Shown here one piece after another: positions 12,315-22,802 of a stretch of DNA of 42,311 nt. The stretch comes from Gaiellaceae bacterium. Its GTDB lineage: Bacteria > Actinomycetota > Thermoleophilia > Gaiellales > Gaiellaceae. Positions within the stretch are counted from its first letter, which is position 1. Each line of letters opens with the position of its first letter. Location of the stretch: assembly GCA_035457765.1 (NCBI GenBank), contig DATIBA010000194.1, positions 1-42,311 of the forward strand, in the 5' to 3' direction. The notes under the pieces were generated by a model. The model searched no databases. It worked only from the letters and a program-made list of their open reading frames with translations, and was not told where the DNA came from. The position numbers were made by a program, and so were the translations under genes.

Positions 12315-13259
12315 TCACGTCACGTCCTGGCCGAGGGCGCCGACGTCGAAGTCGGCGGCCGGCGTCGCGTAATCGGTCTTGAACCACCTCTGCGACAGCG
12401 TCTTCAGCGTCCCGTCCTCGTGCAGGCCCCGGATGGCCGCGTCGACCTTCTCGACGAACGCGGCCGCCGCGAGACCCGAGCTCTGGTCGACGAAGCCGGA
12501 CAGGTACTCGGTGAACGCGACGGCGTCGAGGGCCCGCAGTTCCGACCCCTCGTCGATGGCAGCCTGACCGACCTGGTCGCCGGCGAGGTACGCGTCGATC
12601 GTCCCCTTCTCGAGCGCTTCGAGACCCGGGACCTCGACCTCGAAGACGACGATGCTCGGACTCGTCACGTCGACCACGACGTCGGTTCCGGGAATCACCA
12701 GCTCGCCCTTGAGGTACGCCTCTTGCGAGCAGGTCGCGCATACTCCGATCTTCCTGCCGTCGAGGTCGCTCGGCTGCCGGAACGGGGAATCCTTCCGGAC
12801 GAAGTAGCGGTTCGCGCTCGTGACGTACGGTTGCGTCATGTAGAGCCGCTCCATCCGGTCGGTGGTGATCGCGCCCGATCCGTACGCGATGTCCCACCGG
12901 TCGCCCCAGTTCCCCGCGGTCACGTCCGACCACTGCGGCGCGACGAAGCAGGGCTCGACGCCGAGGTTCTCGGCGACGAGCTTCGTCACCTCGACGTCGT
13001 AGCCCGTGACCTCCGCGCCGGTGAGCTGGTCGCTCGCGCACTTCGTGTCCGCCGGCCGGGTCGCGCCCTCGACCACGATCGATTGCGGGGGGTAGTCGGG
13101 CTCGTAGAAGCCGACGAGCGTCCCGCGCGCCTGGATCTGGGCGAGCTTGTCGGTCGCGGGATCCCCGCCTGCGTCGCCCGCCGATCCGCCGCACGCGGCC
13201 AGTCCAAGTCCGAGGACCGCCGCGAGTGGTGCGAGGAGAGGCGATCGAGCTCGCCGCAT
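12315..13259 (-). CDS. Lipoprotein, solute-binding protein family 3 (polar amino-acid type), paralog 1
   Basis: I chose the start at ATG 13259 because AGGAGG lies about 11 nt upstream (inside the end of the preceding gene) and gives a lipobox signal [26 protein letters not shown]_bac_3-like body. Collinear with its upstream neighbour and about two-thirds identical to it by eye. Ends 28 nt before the kinase start. Confidence 0.85.
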   Translation of the reverse strand: MRRARSPLLAPLAAVLGLGLAACGGSAGDAGGDPATDKLAQIQARGTLVGFYEPDYPPQSIVVEGATRPADTKCASDQLTGAEVTGYDVEVTKLVAENLGVEPCFVAPQWSDVTAGNWGDRWDIAYGSGAITTDRMERLYMTQPYVTSANRYFVRKDSPFRQPSDLDGRKIGVCATCSQEAYLKGELVIPGTDVVVDVTSPSIVVFEVEVPGLEALEKGTIDAYLAGDQVGQAAIDEGSELRALDAVAFTEYLSGFVDQSSGLAAAAFVEKVDAAIRGLHEDGTLKTLSQRWFKTDYATPAADFDVGALGQDVT

Positions 13260-13261
13260 TC

Positions 13262-14209
13262 TCACTGAACCTCCTGTCCGATCGCCTCGATGTCGAAGTT
13301 CGCGCCCTCGGAAGCGTAGTCCGCGCCGAACCATTTCTCGGACAGCGCCTTCAACGTCCCGTCGGCCTGCAACCCCTGGACGATCTCGTTCACACGCGCG
13401 ACGAAGGCCGTCGACGAGAGACCCGAGCTCTTGTCCACGAAGCCCGAGGGGTAGTACGTGAAGGCGATCTGATCGAGTGGCCGCAGTGCGAGACCTTCCT
13501 CGATACGCGCTTTCCCGACGGGATCGGCGGCGAGGTAAGCGTCGATCTCGCCCTTCGCGGCGGCCTCGAGACCTGGTCCCTCGGTCTCGAAGGTGACGAT
13601 CTTCGGGTGCTTCACGTCAAGGACGACGTCGATGCCCGGTATGGCCAGGTCGCCCTGCAGGTAGAGCTCGTGCGAGCAGCCGGTGCATGCGCCTATCCGC
13701 TTCCCGTCGAGGTCGCCGGGAGTCATGTACGCCGCGTCCTTGGCGACGAAGTATCTGTTCGGGACGGCGTAGTACGGCTGAGTCATGTACAGCCGCTCCA
13801 TCCGGTCGGTGTTGACGGAGCCGGAGCCATATGCGATATCCCAGCGGTCGCCCCAGTTCCCGGCAGTCACCTCGGTCCAGGTCGGCGCCACGAAGCAGGC
13901 CTCGACACCGAGTTCCTCCGCGATGAGCTTCGCGATCTCGTTGTCATACCCGGTCACCTCAGCGGCCGTCAGCTGGTTGTCAGCGCACCTGGTATCTGCT
14001 GGGCGCATGGCGCCCTCGACGTTGATCGACTGCGGAGGGTAGTTCTCCTCGAAGTACTCGACGAGCGTTCCCCTCGCCAGGATCTGGGCGAGCTTGTCTT
14101 TCGAGGGGTCGCCTGCCGCCTCGTCGCCTGAGTTACCGCCGCAGGCGACCAAGCCGACGGCGAGCACGCACACGACGAACCATGCTCCGGCCGCGGAGCC
14201 CGGTCTCAC
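13262..14209 (-). CDS. Lipoprotein, solute-binding protein family 3 (polar amino-acid type), paralog 2
   Basis: 315 aa with lipobox VLAVGLVAC. Shares long identical blocks with paralog 1 ([75 protein letters not shown]) and four conserved Cys. The stop is 2 nt from the paralog-1 start. Confidence 0.85.
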   Translation of the reverse strand: MRPGSAAGAWFVVCVLAVGLVACGGNSGDEAAGDPSKDKLAQILARGTLVEYFEENYPPQSINVEGAMRPADTRCADNQLTAAEVTGYDNEIAKLIAEELGVEACFVAPTWTEVTAGNWGDRWDIAYGSGSVNTDRMERLYMTQPYYAVPNRYFVAKDAAYMTPGDLDGKRIGACTGCSHELYLQGDLAIPGIDVVLDVKHPKIVTFETEGPGLEAAAKGEIDAYLAADPVGKARIEEGLALRPLDQIAFTYYPSGFVDKSSGLSSTAFVARVNEIVQGLQADGTLKALSEKWFGADYASEGANFDIEAIGQEVQ

Positions 14210-14276
14210 GCGTCATCTCCTCTCCTGTCGAGCCTGCGCTGCCGCGCGAGTCTACGGCCGGATCTGCCTGGTTTCA

Positions 14277-14927
14277 ATGCGCCGGAGGATCTTGCGCGCC
14301 GGCCGCGCAGGAGAGCTGTACGCTGGAGCGGTGGAGGAGATCGCGCCCGGGATCTGGCACTGGAGCGCAATCCACCCTCGGATCAAGATCCCTGTTCACT
14401 CGTACCACCTCCCGGGCGAGGGCGTCGTCATCGACCCGCTGATGCCCGACGAGGGCCTCGAGTGGTTCGACGAGCATGGACCACCCACGGACGTGCTCCT
14501 CACGAACCGCCACCACTACCGCTCGAGCGCGGTGTTCAGCGAGCGCTACGGCGTGAGGGTGCATTGCGCCCGCGTCGGCATGCACGAGTTCGAGGGCGGC
14601 GAGCGGGTCGAGCCCTTCGACTTCGGTGACGAGCTTCCGGGCGGGATCGTCGCGCACGAGGTGGGTGCGATCTGCCCGGACGAGACCGCTCTCTACATCC
14701 CTGCCCGGGAGGCGCTGGCGCTCGCCGACGGCGCGGTGCGTTGGGAGCCCGGCGGTCCGCTCACCTTCGTACCCGACGGCTTCATGGACGAGCCCGAGCG
14801 GACGAAGGAGGCGTTGCGCGAGTCGTATCGTCGGCTGGCCGAGCTCGACTTCCGGTACCTCCTCCTGGCGCACGGCGAGCCGTTCGTCGACGACGGACGC
14901 GAGGCGCTCGCCGCCTTCGCACGTTAG
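14277..14927 (+). CDS. MBL-fold-like protein with a degenerate metal-binding motif
   Basis: 216 aa from ATG 14277. Beta-lactamase-fold-like order (IAPGIWHW...VHSYHL..GEGVVIDPL...DVLLTNRHHYRSS...), but the HxHxDH box reads NRHHYR. The track extension back to 14094 overlaps the divergent SBP gene. Confidence 0.55.
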   Translation: MRRRILRAGRAGELYAGAVEEIAPGIWHWSAIHPRIKIPVHSYHLPGEGVVIDPLMPDEGLEWFDEHGPPTDVLLTNRHHYRSSAVFSERYGVRVHCARVGMHEFEGGERVEPFDFGDELPGGIVAHEVGAICPDETALYIPAREALALADGAVRWEPGGPLTFVPDGFMDEPERTKEALRESYRRLAELDFRYLLLAHGEPFVDDGREALAAFAR

Positions 14928-14972
14928 CCCCTCGCCACGCTCGCGGTGATCCAGAATTAGGCTTCAGCTCGC

Positions 14973-17900
14973 GTGAAGGCGCTGGCGCTCGAGCATCTCC
15001 ACTCCAATCCGCTCGGTGTGTATGGGGACGTGCTCGCAGATCGCGGTGTCGACGTCGACCGCGTACTCCTCGATCGAGGACACCCGCTCCGGGACTGGCG
15101 TGCGTACGACTTCCTCGTGGTGATGGGCGGCGGAATGAGTGCGTACGACGATCAGGTGTACCCGTGGCTCGTCGACGAGAAGCGCACGATTCGGGAAGCC
15201 GTGCTTGCCGGCGTACCGTTCTTCGGGGTGTGCCTGGGCGCGCAGCTTCTCGCAAGCGCGTTGGGCGCAAGTGTGTACCGCGGGCCCGCTCCCGAGCTGG
15301 GTGTCATCCCGCTGTATCTCTCCGAAGCAGCGCGCCGCGATCCGGTCTTTCGTGGTCTCCCATCCGATCTCGAGGTCTTCCAGTGGCACTGCGACACCTT
15401 TGCGCTCCCGGACGGGGCGACTCGACTCGCCGGCTCGCCGCGGTACGAAAACCAGGCGTTCCGGTACGGAGATGTCGCATACGCGATCCAGTGCCATCTC
15501 GAGACGACGGTCGAGGACGTTCAGGACTGGTTCGCGGCGTGGCCGTCGCTCGGTGAGACCTTCGAGGAGCGCTACGGGCAGGGCGCCCTCGCGGCCTTCC
15601 TGGACGAGTACGCTGCGTCGGTCCCTCACCTTCGGGCCACGGCCAGGCAGGTGTTCCGTCGCTGGCTCGAGAGCGCACTCGCGAACGGACGTCGAGCATC
15701 GAAGCAGTCGGATGAGCAGTCACTCGAGTGCAGCGGCAACGGACTGATCGGGCGAGCACGAGAGCGGGCGCAGCTGCACGCCCTCGTCGCCGATGCTCGC
15801 GACGGACGAGGCGGCGCACTCACGATTGCAGCCGCGGGCGGTGCGGGGAAGACCGCATTGCTCAACGTGGTCGAGCGAGAGGTGACGGGGATGCGCGTCC
15901 TGCGAGCGGCCGGTGTCGAGACGGTCGCCGAGCGCCCTCTAGCGGGAATCGATGCCCTGTGCCGACCCCTGCTCGACCTGCTCCCTGAGCTCGCCGAAGG
16001 CGAGTCGGCCGCGCTCGCGGCAGCTCTCGAGCTCGGCGGAGACGATGATTCACCGGACGACCGCTTCGCCGTCTACGCCGGCGCAGCATCGCTTCTACGC
16101 GCGGGGGCCCGCCGGCAGCCCCTGCTCGTGCTCGTGGACGACGCGCACCTCCTCGACGAGCCCTCGCGCGAAGCGGTCGAGTTCATCGCGTCGCAAGTGG
16201 ACGGCAGCTCGATTGCGATCGTCGTGGCGACGGAGGATCGTCCCCGCAGCGGAAGCGCCCTTCTGGAGCTGCCTCCGCTCGACCGCCCGGCCGCGCTCAC
16301 GCTGCTCGATCGGTGCTACGACTCGATTGCGAACACGGTGCTGGGGGACATCGTCGACGCGGCCGCAGGGAATCCGCTCGCGCTGCTCGAGATGGCCAAC
16401 GGCGTGACGATGGCGCAGCGTTCGGCCGAGGAGCCCGCCGAGGGCATTCCTGTGGTCTGCGCCTCTGCCGAGCAGGCGTTTCTCGCGCGGATCTCGGCAC
16501 TGCCACCGGAGGCGCGCCAGGCGCTCGTGGTCGTTGCCCTCGGCAACGGAGAGCCGGGCACGGTTGTCGGCGGCGCACTCGCGGAGCTCGGGTTCGACGA
16601 GCGAACGTTCGAGCCGGCTGTGGTCGCCGGGCTGGTCGAGCCCTCCGTGAGCGGCGTCGTGTTTCGGCACGAGCTCGCCCGCGCGACAGTGACGTACAGC
16701 GCGTTACGTTCCGAGCGTCGCGCGGCGCACGGCGCACTGGCACAGCAGGCCCGAGGAGCCGACGAGCGGGCCTGGCATGCGGCGCTCGCGGTCCCGGCAC
16801 CTGACGAGGATGCGGCTCTCGACCTCGAGGACGCCGGTCGGCGAGCGGCCGCTCGGGGCGCATTTGCATCAGCAGCCCGGGCTTTCGAGCTTGCGGCCCG
16901 CATCACGCCCGAGCAGGCGGAGCGGTCGCGGAGGCTCGTGGCGGCCGCCGAAGCGTCGTACCGGGCCGGACACACGGCGGCCGCCATCGACCACCTCGAG
17001 GAGGCGCTCGTGCATCTTCCTGCCTCCGAGAGCCGTGCCGACGCCGAGCTGCTCCTCGGCCGGGTCCTTGCGCGCTCGGGATCGGCAGCGCGGGCGAGGG
17101 TGATCCTGCTGGACGCCGCGGACTCCGGTTCGCAGTACGCGCAGGCGACGATCTGTCGCCTGCTCACGGAGGCTGTGATCCCCACGTTGCGTGCGGGAGA
17201 TCCGCTGTCCGCGATAGCGACGGGGCGGCGTGCGCTCGCGCTTGCAATGCCGGAAACGCCAGAGGAGCTCTCTGCCTCGGTCATGCTTGGAACCGCGCTC
17301 GTGCACGGCGGAGAGCTGGAGGAGGCGCGCCGCCTCGTGCTCCATGCCCGCATGCTCGCCTCGAGCGGGGGGCTGCGACCGACTCCCGGGCTGCTCGCGT
17401 ACCTTGGCGCGGCTCTCCGGCTCGTAGGAGAGCGCGAAGCAGCGCGCCAGGAGCTCGTCGTCGCGATCGAGCGGGCGCGCACGCGCGGATCGCTGAGCAT
17501 GCTCGCCTACGCTCTCGTGCGCCTCGCCGACGTCGAGCTCGACGACGGCAACTGGAGTACCGCAGCTCCAGCGCTCGACGAAGCGGTCTCGCTTGCACGG
17601 GAGACGGGCCAGGCCTCCGATCTCGGGCTTGCGATCTCCGGCGTCGCCTGGCTCGCGGCGGCACAGGGACGTGAGGACCCCTGCCGGCGGCATGCGGCGC
17701 AGGCGCTCGACCTCGCTGATCGCCTGGGTGCCGGTTCTCGCGTCGATCGCGCCCTGCTGGCGCTCGGCCTCCTCGAGCTGGGACGAGGCGATCATCCGGC
17801 GGCAGCGGCTCACCTGACCGAGCTTCGTGACCAGCAGCGAGCTCAGGGGTGGTGTGATGCGGCAGTCCAACCACATCGAGTGCCCGATCTCGTGGAGGCG

Positions 17901-18251
17901 TTGCACTTCGCCGGGAACTCGACGGCGGCGGTCGAGGAGCTTGCCGTCTTCGAGGAGGAGGCGAGGCGGGTAGGCAGAGCCTCGGCGATCGCAGCTGCAG
18001 CTCGATGCCGCGGGCTCGTTGGACCCGATGACGAGATCGACCATTGGTTCACGATCGCGCTCGATGCCCCCGTATCCGTCTCCGGCCCGTTCGAGCTCGC
18101 GCGAACCCACCTCGGGTATGCGGAGCGGCTGATCTCGACCGGACGAAGCGACCGCGGTGCGCCACACCTGTCAGTCGCCCGAGGCATCTTCGACGAGCTC
18201 GGCGCGAATCCGTGGCAGCGCCGCGTCCAGCTCGCGCTCGGCCGGTCGTAA
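14973..18251 (+). CDS. Class-I glutamine amidotransferase-like domain fused to a STAND/AAA_16 P-loop NTPase and a TPR-like helical-repeat region; no HTH
   Basis: 1092 aa, GTG start. Residues ~1-235 are GATase1: nucleophile elbow FFGVCLGAQLL (Cys ~87) and QCHLE (His ~175 / Glu ~177, compare the QFHPE motif). Walker A is AAAGGAGKTALL (~aa 286-297) and Walker B is LLVLVDDAHLLD (~aa 384-395). About 650 aa of Ala/Leu-rich repeats follow. It ends ...FDELGANPWQRRVQLALGRS* with no LuxR-type helix-turn-helix. Confidence 0.85.
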   Translation: MKALALEHLHSNPLGVYGDVLADRGVDVDRVLLDRGHPLRDWRAYDFLVVMGGGMSAYDDQVYPWLVDEKRTIREAVLAGVPFFGVCLGAQLLASALGASVYRGPAPELGVIPLYLSEAARRDPVFRGLPSDLEVFQWHCDTFALPDGATRLAGSPRYENQAFRYGDVAYAIQCHLETTVEDVQDWFAAWPSLGETFEERYGQGALAAFLDEYAASVPHLRATARQVFRRWLESALANGRRASKQSDEQSLECSGNGLIGRARERAQLHALVADARDGRGGALTIAAAGGAGKTALLNVVEREVTGMRVLRAAGVETVAERPLAGIDALCRPLLDLLPELAEGESAALAAALELGGDDDSPDDRFAVYAGAASLLRAGARRQPLLVLVDDAHLLDEPSREAVEFIASQVDGSSIAIVVATEDRPRSGSALLELPPLDRPAALTLLDRCYDSIANTVLGDIVDAAAGNPLALLEMANGVTMAQRSAEEPAEGIPVVCASAEQAFLARISALPPEARQALVVVALGNGEPGTVVGGALAELGFDERTFEPAVVAGLVEPSVSGVVFRHELARATVTYSALRSERRAAHGALAQQARGADERAWHAALAVPAPDEDAALDLEDAGRRAAARGAFASAARAFELAARITPEQAERSRRLVAAAEASYRAGHTAAAIDHLEEALVHLPASESRADAELLLGRVLARSGSAARARVILLDAADSGSQYAQATICRLLTEAVIPTLRAGDPLSAIATGRRALALAMPETPEELSASVMLGTALVHGGELEEARRLVLHARMLASSGGLRPTPGLLAYLGAALRLVGEREAARQELVVAIERARTRGSLSMLAYALVRLADVELDDGNWSTAAPALDEAVSLARETGQASDLGLAISGVAWLAAAQGREDPCRRHAAQALDLADRLGAGSRVDRALLALGLLELGRGDHPAAAAHLTELRDQQRAQGWCDAAVQPHRVPDLVEALHFAGNSTAAVEELAVFEEEARRVGRASAIAAAARCRGLVGPDDEIDHWFTIALDAPVSVSGPFELARTHLGYAERLISTGRSDRGAPHLSVARGIFDELGANPWQRRVQLALGRS

Positions 18252-18297
18252 GAGCGAAATGGGGTACGCGACGGCGGCAGGCGGGCGTGTCGGATGC

Positions 18298-18375
18298 CAC
18301 GGAGGAGCTGGTCGGAAGACCGCGTATTCGCTAGCCTGAGCGAAACCTGGAGAGCTTTGAACGGCAGCTTGGCGA
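18298..18375 (+). promoter_or_regulatory. Candidate riboswitch-like element in the metH leader (SAH-riboswitch-like strings; unverified)
   Basis: The leader contains GAGGAGCUG...GGUC-GGAA-GACC hairpin...CCUGAGCGAAAC...GAACGGCAGCUU. GAGCUG (18305-18310) can pair with CAGCUU (18365-18370). From memory, the strings resemble the SAH element consensus (GAGGAGCGCUGC ... CUCAGGAAC ... AACGGCGCUC). No covariance-model search was run. Confidence 0.25.
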
Positions 18376-18382
18376 CCAGGAT

Positions 18383-18435
18383 AAAAAACGCCTAAAGAGC
18401 CCTCGGGCGGTCTCGGCTCCCGACCTCTTTAGGCG
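18383..18435. promoter_or_regulatory. Strong extended hairpin flanked by an A6 run (T6 on the minus strand), immediately upstream of the metH Shine-Dalgarno and GTG
   Basis: Perfect 11-bp stem cgcctaaagag (18389-18399) / ctctttaggcg (18425-18435), plus an inner 5-bp stem tcggg (18403-18407) / cccga (18419-18423). AAAAAA at 18383-18388 abuts the stem. On the minus strand this reads hairpin + TTTTTTAT, the form of a canonical intrinsic terminator. On the plus strand the 3' arm abuts or overlaps GGAG (18435-18438), 8 nt before GTG 18447. Confidence 0.5.
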
Positions 18436-18446
18436 GAGCCGAATTC

Positions 18447-22073
<3,627 letters not shown>

Positions 22074-22102
22074 ATCCGTGGCGCTCTCTACCATGGCGCG
22101 CT

Positions 22103-22741
22103 GTGAAGAGGTTCGCCGCCGCCCTTCTCGTCCTCGCTCTCGTCGTCTCGGGCGTGAGCCTGGGGGCGCGAGGCGACCCGAAGAAGCAGATCACGCCGGC
22201 TGATCAGGCGCGAGCGAGGGCGATGCTGCTGCGCAAGGCCGACTTCAGCCTGGCATTCAGAGCCGCGCCTGCCTCGACCGGCTCCGACTTCTACTGTGCT
22301 GCGCTCGACGAGTCCGACCTGACGCTCACCGGCGAGGCCGAGTCCCCGAGCTTCGCGGGCGGCGTCGAGTTCGTGGCCTCGACGTCCTACGTGTACGCCT
22401 CACGGGCCAATGCGAACGCGTCGTGGCGGCGGGGTACGAGCGCGGCGGGTCAGAAGTGTCTGCGCCGAGGGCTGCAGAACGAGATCCAGGGGACGAGCGT
22501 CAGGCTCGTCTCGTTCCGGAAGCTCCCGTTCCCAACGTTCGCCCAGCGTTCGGTCCTCTATCGAGTCGTCGCCGAGCAGCAGGGAGGGGTTCGCGTCTAC
22601 CTCGATCTCGTCGCACTGCAGCACTCGCGAGCGCAGGTGGCGATCGTCTACGGGTCGGGGCTCTCTCCTCCGCCGGCCGCGGAAGAGCGCAGGCTCGCGA
22701 GGGTGACCGCGGCACGGATGGCGAGGGCGATGGGCGGCTGA
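22103..22741 (+). CDS. Secreted hypothetical protein
   Basis: Only the 3' part of the 21173..22741 frame looks real. GTG 22103 gives the signal-like N-terminus VKRFAAALLVLALVVSGVSLGA, then a 190-aa non-repetitive domain with two Cys. I recognise no family. Confidence 0.55.
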   Translation: MKRFAAALLVLALVVSGVSLGARGDPKKQITPADQARARAMLLRKADFSLAFRAAPASTGSDFYCAALDESDLTLTGEAESPSFAGGVEFVASTSYVYASRANANASWRRGTSAAGQKCLRRGLQNEIQGTSVRLVSFRKLPFPTFAQRSVLYRVVAEQQGGVRVYLDLVALQHSRAQVAIVYGSGLSPPPAAEERRLARVTAARMARAMGG

Positions 22742-22802
22742 GACTGCGTTGGGTCAGACTTCGGGCTGACCTCCAACTCGTGCCGCAGGGGGCAGGCGGC
22801 AG

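Noticed and set aside
18270-18330. B12-box-like string GGUCGGAAGACCGCG, preceded by GCCACGG (compare GCCACUG), in the metH leader. This would suggest a cobalamin riboswitch.
   Set aside because: The leader is too short, and I could not see the other conserved cobalamin-riboswitch blocks and long paired regions. The two strings are only about 10 nt apart. B12 riboswitches typically repress metE or transport genes, not B12-dependent metH. Only a cmsearch with RF00174 could revive this.
18252-18400. Searched all three forward frames downstream of the GATase1-STAND stop, and the sequence after both cyclase-STAND stops, for a frame-shifted or decayed LuxR-type HTH.
   Set aside because: No frame gives anything like the LuxR/GerE pattern (L..RE.EV..L.a.G.sn.eIA..L). 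After cyclase paralog 2 only 36 nt remain before the next gene. The HTH-less state appears native rather than a recent truncation.
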